A stretch of DNA of 64,000 bases. It comes from an uncultured bacterium (GTDB lineage Bacteria > Methylomirabilota > Methylomirabilia > Methylomirabilales > CSP1-5). This document shows positions 8,028 to 16,662 of this stretch, one piece after another. The DNA lies in contig CAYGBT010000010.1 of the NCBI GenBank assembly GCA_964348275.1, forward strand, positions 21,424 to 85,423. The letters run 5' to 3'. The first letter of the stretch is position 1. Each line of letters starts with the position of its first letter. The notes beneath the pieces were generated by a model that saw nothing but the letters and a program-made list of their open reading frames with translations, ran no database searches and was not told the DNA's origin. Position numbers and translations under genes: made by a program.

Positions 8028-9018
8028 CGCGCCTAGGTATCGCTAAATGCTCATTGACACTAAGGTAAATCAGCAAGCCGGGTGCCATCGGAAGGAGGGT
8101 TCTCCTACCAAGATCTAATTCCCGAATTCTTAAGCAAAAGAGCGGCCAGAGAGGGACGAAAAGAGGCAAATCCTCCGGGCCAACTGAGACACGGGTGCCT
8201 CAGCGCGGTCAGGGATACTACTCCCGAGAAACTGGGGAGCTAGGCACAAGCCCCCTGCATTCACCTGGGACAATCGTGTCCCCAGGTCACGAGGTTGTCC
8301 CAGGGGAGAGGGCCTAACTTTGCCGTCAGCAGCGCACGCGATCTTGGGACACCCGGGGGTGAATTGAGGCGGATAGGTAACCTGAGGACTGATAGACTTC
8401 TACTCCGATTCCATCCCCGATTCCCCTCTGCAGGGATCGATTATTGCCTAACCGTGGCCGGCTTCAGGGGCCTGGGGCAATCCCCCTGGTTGCGGGCAGG
8501 CCTTCAAACGCCCTGGCAGATTACTACCACAAATCAACTACAAATCAACAGTGGGAGGTGTGCTGATTTGCGCATTGCTGGACGCAGCGGTGACCTGCTG
8601 ATTGGTAATTCAGATGCAGCCTTCCGAACCCAAGAAAAACGGCTTGTTACAGGACGCTGCTACCAGAGTGCTACCAGCATGACCTCTACCCGGTGCTCAC
8701 CCAACCCAAAGGCTGACTAACATCTCTAGGAGTTTCCCAGCACCGAAACCCTTGCCCTTGACACCCCTGCCACATGAGGGGACATTTGAGGTCATCTCAG
8801 GTTTTGCATGGATGGAGCCGTGGTGAAGAAAAACTGTAACACTAGGAAACGGCAGCCCTCGCGGCGTCATGCTGCAGGGGCTTTTCTGTTGGGCGCAGTG
8901 ATCTGGCTCTTGCTGCTCAACCCTGCCGTGGCCAACCTTGACGCTTTGCCCCTTTTCCGATAGCATACCACCGCGTTTCAGCGTTTTCTTTTCAGAATAC
9001 TCATCGGTGGGTCGTGTC

Positions 9019-9312
9019 ATGACGCAGTTTTACTTCATGGTGGCCTTATTGTTGGCGACACTGGTGGCGATCTTTGCCGTCCAGAATGCCGAGGAGGTTA
9101 CGGTCCGCTTCCTCGTGTGGACATTCCAGACCTCGGTGGTCATCGTAATCCTCGTGTCCGCAGGCATGGGGGCTTTGTTGGCCGCCCTCATCAGCCTTCC
9201 GCAGACCATCAAGGCAAGGCGTCGACTCAGGCAGAGCGAAAGGAAACTCGAGCGTCTGGCCGTGGAGCTTGGCGGACCGGAAGGGTGGGGGGCGCCTCAC
9301 GAGGAGAAATAA
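9019..9312 (+). CDS. LapA-domain (DUF1049-like) small inner-membrane protein
   Basis: The ORF track gives 8938-9312. I prefer ATG 9019 (MTQFYFMVALLLATLVAIFAVQNAEEVTVRFLVW...), giving two TM helices and a basic coiled tail. Confidence 0.6.
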   Translation: MTQFYFMVALLLATLVAIFAVQNAEEVTVRFLVWTFQTSVVIVILVSAGMGALLAALISLPQTIKARRRLRQSERKLERLAVELGGPEGWGAPHEEK

Positions 9313-9360
9313 AAGGAGTCGGGTGAGTCAGGTCGCTACCAGCTCCATCGAGATCCGCGG

Positions 9361-9894
9361 ATGATCCGGTGTGGTTCCGGGTTGGGCACTGCTGTTGCCG
9401 GGGTGGGCTTCGTTTGCGTTCTGCTGGCCGGGTGTGCCACTACCGGACGAACCCTGGATGGTTTCTACGTAAACGAGGCGAAGGCTTTTCGGGTCCGGCT
9501 CCCTCAAGACGGGTGGCTGGTCATGGAATCGCCTCCTGGGGCCGACCTGGCCGTTCGGGATACGCGATCTGATGCGCGCATGGCGGTCTCGGCCAGTTGT
9601 CCCGGCCGAGAGACGGGTCCACTGCCTGCCCTGGTCCAGCATCTCTTGTTCGGGCTCCGTGACGTGGAACGCCTGCGACAAGAGCGCATCATGGTGGACG
9701 GGGCGGTCGGGATTGACGCGGTGATCAAAGCGAGGTGGGAGGGGACGCCCGTCCAGATCCGGAGTGTCGTGATCCGGCGGAAGGGATGCCTCTACGATCT
9801 CCTCTTTGTTGCGCCCCCAGAAACGTTTAGGGCCCGGAGCGCCGATTTTGACGCCTTCCTCGAAGGGTGGCAGTTTCTGTTGGAGGGGCCGTGA
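9361..9894 (+). CDS. Hypothetical lipoprotein
   Basis: Lipobox ...VLLAGCATTG; 177 aa; no domain recognised. Confidence 0.5.
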   Translation: MIRCGSGLGTAVAGVGFVCVLLAGCATTGRTLDGFYVNEAKAFRVRLPQDGWLVMESPPGADLAVRDTRSDARMAVSASCPGRETGPLPALVQHLLFGLRDVERLRQERIMVDGAVGIDAVIKARWEGTPVQIRSVVIRRKGCLYDLLFVAPPETFRARSADFDAFLEGWQFLLEGP

Positions 9895-10697
9895 GGCGTG
9901 CTGATGTCACACATCGCTTCTTCCTGATGCTCGGCGGCAGGGCCACCGAGTTGCTCGGGCAGCTCGGTGACGTGGCCATACTGGCCGGCCGGACCTTTTA
10001 CCAGGCGCTGAAGCCCCCCTACGAGATTCGGAGCCTGATTGTTCAGATGGACCACATTGGGGTCAAGTCGATCTCGATCTGTGGCATTGCGGCCGTCTTC
10101 ACCGGTCTTGTCCTCGCGCTGCAGACCACGTACGGGCTCGCCCGCTTTGGGGCCAAGGCCTACGTCGGGATCGTGGTTTCCCTGTCGATGGTGCGGGAGC
10201 TCGGGCCAGTGCTCACCGCCCTATTGGTGGGGGGACGGGTGGGATCTGGGATTACCGCCGAGCTCGGTGCCATGACGGTGACCGAGCAGATCGATGCCAT
10301 GCGAGCCATGGGGGCGAATCACATCAAGAAGCTGGTGGTCCCCCGCGTTTTGAGCGCCATGCTGGTACTGCCCCTGCTCACGGTCATGGCCGATGCGTTG
10401 GGGATCTTCGGAGGCATGGTGATCTCCCAATACGAGTTTCACGTGGACTCGCATCTGTACATGAGCACCATTTGGCGGAATCTCGCGCTGGCGGATCTCT
10501 TGAGTGGCCTGGGCAAGACGGTCGTCTTCGGCTTCCTCATTGGAATCATTGGTTGCTACAATGGCCTGGAGGTCTCGGGGGGGACCGAGGGTCTGGGGCG
10601 GGCGACCACGGCGACGGTCGTGACGTCGGCGATCCTCGTCCTGATCTCCGATTTCTTCCTGACCAAGTTCTTTTGGTGGCTGGAGATGCTTGCCTGA
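9867..10697 (+). CDS. mlaE: Phospholipid/lipid ABC transporter permease MlaE
   Basis: 276 aa; ...IVQMDHIGVKSISICGIAAVFTGLVLALQT... and ...ELGAMTVTEQIDAMRAMG... are MlaE/Ttg2B signatures. Confidence 0.9.
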   Translation: MAVSVGGAVRRADVTHRFFLMLGGRATELLGQLGDVAILAGRTFYQALKPPYEIRSLIVQMDHIGVKSISICGIAAVFTGLVLALQTTYGLARFGAKAYVGIVVSLSMVRELGPVLTALLVGGRVGSGITAELGAMTVTEQIDAMRAMGANHIKKLVVPRVLSAMLVLPLLTVMADALGIFGGMVISQYEFHVDSHLYMSTIWRNLALADLLSGLGKTVVFGFLIGIIGCYNGLEVSGGTEGLGRATTATVVTSAILVLISDFFLTKFFWWLEMLA

Positions 10698-11431
10698 TGA
10701 GCGAGGCCATCGAGCTTGTTCAATTGTACAAGGCCTTCGAGGGGAACGAGGTCCTCCAGGGATTAGATCTCGGGATCGAGGCGGGAGAGATCCTGACCAT
10801 CCTGGGAGGGAGCGGGACCGGCAAGAGTGTCCTCCTGAAGCTGATGATCGGACTCCTGAAGCCGGATGCAGGCCAGATCCTGGTTGAAGGGGACGACATC
10901 GTCCCGCTCAAGGAGGAGGAGCTGCTGAAGCTCAGGCGAAAGGTGGGCATGCTGTTTCAGGGCGCGGCCCTCTTTGACTCGTTGAGTGTGAAGGAAAACG
11001 TTGCCTTTCCCTTGAGGGAGCACACCCGGATGACCGAGAATGAGATCCGGGATCGGGTGGCGGAGGTCTTGTCGCTTGTGGGGATGAGCGGCACGGAGGC
11101 AAAATTTCCGGTGGAGCTCTCGGGAGGCATGCGGAAACGTGTGGGACTGGCCCGGGCGGTTGCCTTGACGCCGCGGATCGTCCTGTATGATGAACCGACG
11201 ACGGGCCTCGATCCCCGCAATGTGGACAAGATCAATGAACTGATCACCGACCTCCGCGCGAAACTCCATGTCACCTCGGTGGTGGTCACCCACGACCTGC
11301 AGAGCGCCTTTCGGATCTCGGACAGAGTCTCACTCCTTTCCGAGGGGCGGATCGCTGCCACCGGGACACCGGCAGAGATGGGCAGAGTTGAAAACGCGGC
11401 GGTTCAGGAATTTTTGGCTGGCCACCTGTGA
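10697..11431 (+). CDS. mlaF: ABC transporter ATP-binding protein MlaF
   Basis: I place the start at ATG 10697 (MSEAIELVQLYKAF), overlapping the mlaE TGA. Walker A GGSGTGKS, signature LSGGMRKR, Walker B IVLYDEPT. The track ORF 10472-11431 carries a spurious N-terminal extension. Confidence 0.9.
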   Translation: MSEAIELVQLYKAFEGNEVLQGLDLGIEAGEILTILGGSGTGKSVLLKLMIGLLKPDAGQILVEGDDIVPLKEEELLKLRRKVGMLFQGAALFDSLSVKENVAFPLREHTRMTENEIRDRVAEVLSLVGMSGTEAKFPVELSGGMRKRVGLARAVALTPRIVLYDEPTTGLDPRNVDKINELITDLRAKLHVTSVVVTHDLQSAFRISDRVSLLSEGRIAATGTPAEMGRVENAAVQEFLAGHL

Positions 11432-11585
11432 GAGTTCATAGTTCAGGGTTAAGGGTTCAGAGTAGAGAGTTCAGGGAAGATCGTGCAGGGTTCAGGGTCA
11501 AGAGTTGAGCATGTAGAGTTCAGAGGAACAAATCTTGCTGATCCATGAGCCATGAACCGTGAACTGTGAACAGTGAACGGAGAAC
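11432..11585. repeat. Heptamer-arm hairpin element filling the mlaF-mlaD spacer
   Basis: Left arm 11432-11522: 13 consecutive 7-nt units (GAGTTCA TAGTTCA GGGTTAA GGGTTCA ...). Right arm 11544-11585: CATGAGC CATGAAC CGTGAAC TGTGAAC AGTGAAC GGAGAAC, the complement of GTTCAnn. Confidence 0.8.
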
Positions 11586-11588
11586 TAG

Positions 11589-12701
11589 ATGCGGGATCGG
11601 GAGTTACAGATCAAACTTCGGGTCGGGATCTTCGTCCTCCTTCTCCTCATCCTCTTTGTAGCCTTTGTCCTGACGATCGGAGTGCAAACCCGCCTCTTCG
11701 AAGAACGGTACACCCTCCGATCCGCCTTTGGGGACGTGCAGGGACTGATCGTGGGGGCTCCCGTCCGTCTGGCCGGATTGACCGTGGGCACCGTGCAGCA
11801 GATCACCTTTGGTCCGGATATCGCCGATCCCCGCATCCATGTGGAGGTGACCATTGACGTGGACTTTCAGTCCCGCATCCGGGAGGACTCGGTGGCAAGC
11901 ATCGGGACCATCGGATTGGTTGGAGATAAGGTGTTCGAGATCACTGTGGGGAGCGAGAGCGCAAGGATCCTGCAGCCAGGGGAGGTTCTGCAGAGTGCAG
12001 AGCCGCTCGATTTTGCCCGTCTCGTGGGCCTCGGTGGAGACGTGTTGGAGAGTTTGGCGGATGCCAGCGGGGCCCTGAAAAAGATCCTCGGGAGTATGGA
12101 GGAAGGTCAGGGACTCCTTCCCACTTTACTTTCGGACGAAGTGGGTCGGGAACTGATCCGCGATCTGGCCGTCGTCGCAAGGAACCTCCGCACGCTTAGC
12201 GAGCGGGCGGAGAAAGGAGAGGGGCTTCTTGGCGCGTTGATGGCGAAGAAAGATGTTCCTTTAGTCGAGAACCTGAACCGCAGCGCCGTGCATTTGGAGC
12301 GCACGCTGAAAGAAATCCGCGAAGGGGAGGGGCTCCTCCATGCCCTCATCTTTGAGAAGGGCGGGGCGGACGTGGTGGAGGACCTCAAGCGGACCGCCGA
12401 GGGGTTGGACAAGGTGGTGGGGCGCCTGCGGGGCGGCGAGGGCCTCTTGGGAGCTCTACTCACCGAGGAGAGCAAGCGGCAGGTTCTTCAGGACCTTGGG
12501 GGGATCGTGGCTGACCTCAAGCGGATCACGAGGGCTCTGGCAGAGGGGAAGGGCACATTGGGGGCACTCATCCAGGACCCGACCGTATACGAAGACCTCT
12601 CAAGCCTCCTCCGAGGGGCGGAGCGGAGCTGGATCCTCCGGGGCCTCATTCGCTCCAGTGTCCGCGGGGGGGAGGATACGGTGGAAGAAGAAGAAAAGTG
12701 A
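11589..12701 (+). CDS. mlaD: MCE-domain protein MlaD with an extended helical C-terminus
   Basis: N-terminal TM plus MCE domain (...GLIVGAPVRLAGLTVGTVQQI...GLVGDKVFEI...). The C-terminal region carries five G-x-G-L-L-x-A-L repeats. Confidence 0.85.
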   Translation: MRDRELQIKLRVGIFVLLLLILFVAFVLTIGVQTRLFEERYTLRSAFGDVQGLIVGAPVRLAGLTVGTVQQITFGPDIADPRIHVEVTIDVDFQSRIREDSVASIGTIGLVGDKVFEITVGSESARILQPGEVLQSAEPLDFARLVGLGGDVLESLADASGALKKILGSMEEGQGLLPTLLSDEVGRELIRDLAVVARNLRTLSERAEKGEGLLGALMAKKDVPLVENLNRSAVHLERTLKEIREGEGLLHALIFEKGGADVVEDLKRTAEGLDKVVGRLRGGEGLLGALLTEESKRQVLQDLGGIVADLKRITRALAEGKGTLGALIQDPTVYEDLSSLLRGAERSWILRGLIRSSVRGGEDTVEEEEK

Positions 12702-12932
12702 GACAAGTAGTCAGATCAATCCGGCCGTGGCAGTTTCCCTTAGCGTAAGCCTATCTGGCCTTCACCAGTCAAGAGCGTTTGCGGACCCGCCAAGCTTTCC
12801 CTTTCTCACGGATCGATTTTTGCACGTTGCCTCTACTGGATTTCCTCTTTCTGTTCAGTGGACGATTCGCGGCCACGGATATCCGATAGTCCGTCAAGCA
12901 GGTGAAGGCTTGGGGAGATCGGGAAGGCCGCT

Positions 12933-15900
12933 GTGGTCCGTAGGGGGTATTTGGTGAAGCGAAAACTCCGGATTGCGAGACGAATTCTCCTGGGCCTGCT
13001 CGTCGTCGTTCTCCTCGTTGTCGCCGGGGTTCAAGTTGCCCTTTCAACTGAGGCGGTTCAACGGGTTCTCCGGACCCGCCTTGAAGGTCTGCTCAGTGGG
13101 CGGCTGCGGCAGGAGGTCCGGATCGGCGAGGTCTGGTTGAGCCCGTGGCTCAACTTTCTTGAGCTGCGTCAACTCGCCGTCAGCGGCCCAGGGCAAGCCC
13201 CTCTCCTCGAGATTTGGCGTGTCCGGTTTTACCCGGATCACAGTCGCCTTCTCCATCGGGTGCTGGCCTTTAAGAACGTAGTCCTGCTGCGTCCCGTCAT
13301 CCAGCTTCCCGAAGGACTCGAGGTCCCGGAAAGACCGCCAGGAGGGCTGGACGTCTCCCCGATTACTCTTGATGTCGATCGTCTTCAGATCCGGGAGGGG
13401 AAATTTATCTACGGCGGGGAGAAACGGATCTGGAACGCTCAGGGTCTTGATGCTGATCTCTGGAGAGAAGAGGCGCGGGTGCGAGGTGAAATTCGCGTCG
13501 CCGAGGGAGTGGTGCATCTGTCCGCGGAACCCCTGCACTGGGGAAAGCTCGAGGCAATTGTGGCCTTGGAGGAACAGGACCTGACCTTTACGCGTCTCGG
13601 GGTCGATGTGGGGCGAGGAGACTTCGGAGTGACCGGGCGGGTCCGGAACCTGATCGGTGGACCAAGCCTGGACGTCGAGCTGACCGCGCAATTTCCCTTT
13701 ACGTTTCGGCACTCCAGGCTGGGGACTCTCCGAATTGACGGCCAACTCACGGGGCCGGCACGTGCTCCCTCCTTTCAGGGGGTTGCCTGGATGCGCGGTG
13801 GCCCATGGCCTGACATGAGGATCATACTTTCCGGCGACCGAGAGGGGATCCAGGGCAAGGACCTGGCCCTGCGTCCCGCCTCAGGCGAGGTATCGGGGAG
13901 TTTCCACCTTGCGTGGAAAGACCTGAGCTACACCGCCGAAGTCCGAGGGCAGGGACTTGCTCTCGATCTGCTTATGGCTCCGAGTCTGGGGAACCTCCCG
14001 GTGACCGGGGCGGTCGCTGTCCAGGCCCTCGTGGAAGGCCGGGGTCTCACGGCTGCCGGTGTCGCGGCTCAGGCAACCTTTCAGGTCCGCTCGCTCCAGC
14101 GCCGAGATCAGCCCTCGATTGCGGGGAGCGCGGAGGGATACGTGAAGGCTACTGGGGGGCGCGTTTCTCTCGAACGCCTTCAGGTAGACCTTCCGCCCAA
14201 TCGTCTGACCGTGAAGGGATCGTTGTGGGAGGAGTTGAATCTCGAGGTGGCGGCAATCTCCCCGCGTGTTGATCGAGTCGGGCGACTCCTCGGGACAAAC
14301 GGGCTGAGGGGAAATGGCAAGGTGGTGGGTCGTGTGATGGGGACACTCACGGCTCCCACGTTTCAGGGGACCCTTACGTGGGACTCCGCCCGTCTCCTGA
14401 AGCGGGATTTCAAAAGCATTCATGGAAAGATCCAGCTCGAGCGGCGGCATCTGAGAGCCCCTCGCCTCGTTGTCACCAGAGGAAAAAGCACCGGGACGAT
14501 CCATCTCCGCTTGACCCTACCGGACAAGCCGGGGGTGCGTGACTTGAACGAGGATCTCCGGATCAACGCAAAGGGGCAGGTCAGTGGAGCCCCCGGAGAT
14601 TTTTTGTCCCTCTTTGTTCGGGAGAAGATCCCCGTCAGAGGGAGAATGACGCTGGAGGCGAGTGTGGACGGCGTTCCGGCCCAGCTTGAAGGACACGGGC
14701 ATGTATTAATCAAGGATGCCACCGTGCTCGGCGAACCGTGGCAAGCAATAGAGGCAGGCCTTGAATTGGAGCCTAAGCGTCTTCTTTTCGAAGAGGTCCG
14801 CCTGGCCCGCGGCGGCGAGCACGTGACGGGGAAAGGTCTCGTGCGACTCGAGGACGGCGGGATTAGTTTTCGCCTGGCCACGGCGGGGCTTTCGCTTGAG
14901 GGATTTCGGCTCTTCGAAGGAACAGACCTCCAAGGGAAGATGCACGGCGAGATGCACGGGGAAGGTCATCTTGAGAACCCGAGGATCCAGATGGACTACA
15001 CACTGAAGGGCCTCCGGTATAGCACGATTCCTCTAGGGAGTGGTCGCGGGAGCCTTTTGCTCGAGGACCAGGCGATGACCGCTCAATTGGCGCTCCCGGA
15101 ACGGGGCTATTCCGCAACGGGAAGGCTGCAGGCCGTCCGCCCGTATGCCTACAATGTGCGGGTCAGCATGAAGCAGGCGGACTTGACTCCCCTCTTTGGC
15201 CTGGCAGGCCTTTCTCTCCTGAAGGGGGGTGGGGGGACCGGTTCCGGAACAGGCCAGGTGCGCGGAAATCTCACGGCGCCCCGTCCATCCGAGAGGACCC
15301 TCCACCTCGAGGCTCCCTCGCTGCGCCTCCACGGAGTGACATTTCACACCGTCCGACCGATCCGTCTCGGGATGCAGGGAGACACGTTGACGATTGCTTC
15401 CCTTGCGGTGAGCGGAAAGCAGGGGTGGCTGAACGCTCGGGGAAACATTGCTCTTCACGGGAAGGCGGACGTCGATATTCGGGGGAAGATCCCGGTAGCG
15501 CTCCTGCGAGGGCTTGGGGCGGTTGCCGGAGGGAGTGGGGCCGCTGACCTGAAACTGAAGGTCTCCGGGCTCTGGGCCTCGCCCCGGTACGAGGGAGACA
15601 TGCAGTTGAAAGGGGCCCGCCTCCGACTGAAGGGACATCCAGAGGATTTTCAACGTATTGCCGGGCGCATGGATTTTCAGAAGACAGAAATTCGTATCCC
15701 GAGCCTGATTGGGAGGTGGGCCGGGGGGGAGGTGAAAATCTCAGGGACCGCATCCCGGACCCGGGGAAAGGAATGGCGGTGGGATCTCGATCTCATCCTT
15801 GATAAAGCAGACGGAGAGCGGGTCTTTGCCTGGGGAGACAGGAGGGGCAGGAGGAGAGTAACCGGTCGGACCTATCTTCAGGGGAAGCTTGCTGCCAGGG

Positions 15901-16442
15901 GGAGGTCTTGGCAAGAGTTGCAACACTCGCTGAGAGGAAAGCTCAGATTAGCCTTGAGGGATGGAACGTTCCGGCGATACACCGTGCTGGCCAACATCCT
16001 GCAAATCCTCAATCTCAATCCAGACCCTGTGAAAGGCGTTCCCTACGATTCCCTTGACGCGGACTTTCATCTGAAGCGGTGGGTTGCAAAGACCGAGGAT
16101 CTCAGGTTCGTCTCCGACACCGTGAAGATCAGCGGGGTGGGTACGATTGACCTGGGTCGCCGAAAAGTCGATATGCTCCTGGGGGTGCAACCCCTCCGCA
16201 CCGTGGACAAGGCCGTCCAATTTCTCAAACTGGGGAAGATCCCAGTCTTGGGCCGGCTCCTCTTCGGGAAGGAGCAGAGTGTCCTGGTAGTGGCAGTGGA
16301 GGTCAAGGGACCCCTGGACGGACCCAAGGTTGCCGCCGTGCCTGAGGAATCCCTCGGGCGGGGGGTCCTCGGTGTCATCCGCCGCGTGTTCGAGCTACCT
16401 GCGAAGCTAGTACCCTCCGGGAAATCGAGCAAATATCAGTGA
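12933..16442 (+). CDS. AsmA-family (TamB/AsmA-like) large envelope protein
   Basis: 1169 aa; N-terminal anchor ...RILLGLLVVVLLVVAGV...; beta-rich repetitive body; AsmA-like C-terminal region (...RYTVLANILQILNL...ISGVGTIDLGRRKVDMLLGVQPL...). GTG start at 12933; 12954 is also possible. Confidence 0.75.
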   Translation: MVRRGYLVKRKLRIARRILLGLLVVVLLVVAGVQVALSTEAVQRVLRTRLEGLLSGRLRQEVRIGEVWLSPWLNFLELRQLAVSGPGQAPLLEIWRVRFYPDHSRLLHRVLAFKNVVLLRPVIQLPEGLEVPERPPGGLDVSPITLDVDRLQIREGKFIYGGEKRIWNAQGLDADLWREEARVRGEIRVAEGVVHLSAEPLHWGKLEAIVALEEQDLTFTRLGVDVGRGDFGVTGRVRNLIGGPSLDVELTAQFPFTFRHSRLGTLRIDGQLTGPARAPSFQGVAWMRGGPWPDMRIILSGDREGIQGKDLALRPASGEVSGSFHLAWKDLSYTAEVRGQGLALDLLMAPSLGNLPVTGAVAVQALVEGRGLTAAGVAAQATFQVRSLQRRDQPSIAGSAEGYVKATGGRVSLERLQVDLPPNRLTVKGSLWEELNLEVAAISPRVDRVGRLLGTNGLRGNGKVVGRVMGTLTAPTFQGTLTWDSARLLKRDFKSIHGKIQLERRHLRAPRLVVTRGKSTGTIHLRLTLPDKPGVRDLNEDLRINAKGQVSGAPGDFLSLFVREKIPVRGRMTLEASVDGVPAQLEGHGHVLIKDATVLGEPWQAIEAGLELEPKRLLFEEVRLARGGEHVTGKGLVRLEDGGISFRLATAGLSLEGFRLFEGTDLQGKMHGEMHGEGHLENPRIQMDYTLKGLRYSTIPLGSGRGSLLLEDQAMTAQLALPERGYSATGRLQAVRPYAYNVRVSMKQADLTPLFGLAGLSLLKGGGGTGSGTGQVRGNLTAPRPSERTLHLEAPSLRLHGVTFHTVRPIRLGMQGDTLTIASLAVSGKQGWLNARGNIALHGKADVDIRGKIPVALLRGLGAVAGGSGAADLKLKVSGLWASPRYEGDMQLKGARLRLKGHPEDFQRIAGRMDFQKTEIRIPSLIGRWAGGEVKISGTASRTRGKEWRWDLDLILDKADGERVFAWGDRRGRRRVTGRTYLQGKLAARGRSWQELQHSLRGKLRLALRDGTFRRYTVLANILQILNLNPDPVKGVPYDSLDADFHLKRWVAKTEDLRFVSDTVKISGVGTIDLGRRKVDMLLGVQPLRTVDKAVQFLKLGKIPVLGRLLFGKEQSVLVVAVEVKGPLDGPKVAAVPEESLGRGVLGVIRRVFELPAKLVPSGKSSKYQ

Positions 16443-16662
16443 TCCGTCCGACGGGATTGACCCTCGACAGGTTTTTTGGTAGAAAAGGGGCCAAGAAAAT
16501 TGACGGTCCGCATAGTGCCTGCCTTCGTCCGCCCAGCTGTCCGGCAGCGTTGTCGTGGATGACGTGCATGGGTGCACTTCCGAGTGGTCTCGCCTCCTGC
16601 GAGCGCATTGAGTCGCAGGGAGATACCAGGAAAGGCACCCTCTTCAATAGTGGGGGATGTAA

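Noticed and set aside
8130-8260. Cobalamin-riboswitch-like fragments on the plus strand (AGAGGGAC...GAGGCAAATCCTC...GGGCCAACTGAG...GGTCAGGGATAC), tempting because a corrinoid protein gene is adjacent
   Set aside because: The match is partial and by eye only. The B12-box-like segment lacks the ACCUGCC half, and there is no GCCACUG. The orientation points away from the HgcAB-like operon toward non-B12 genes about 800 nt away. A cmsearch with RF00174 would settle it. I do not report it as a feature.
8295-8720. 141-aa ORF in the long non-coding gap
   Set aside because: Its composition and sequence look non-protein-like. It has no motif and spans the short-repeat clusters. I treat it as non-coding.
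10472-10696. Upstream extensions of track ORFs: mlaF 10472, otsB 18051, fmt 36473, eamA 41037, cytochrome c 50917, SCO1 51057, ZIP 49072, lapA-like 8938
   Set aside because: The extensions overlap the preceding gene in another frame and translate to Arg/Gly/Pro-rich junk. The internal ATGs give canonical N-termini and ATGA/TGATG-type coupling with the upstream stop.
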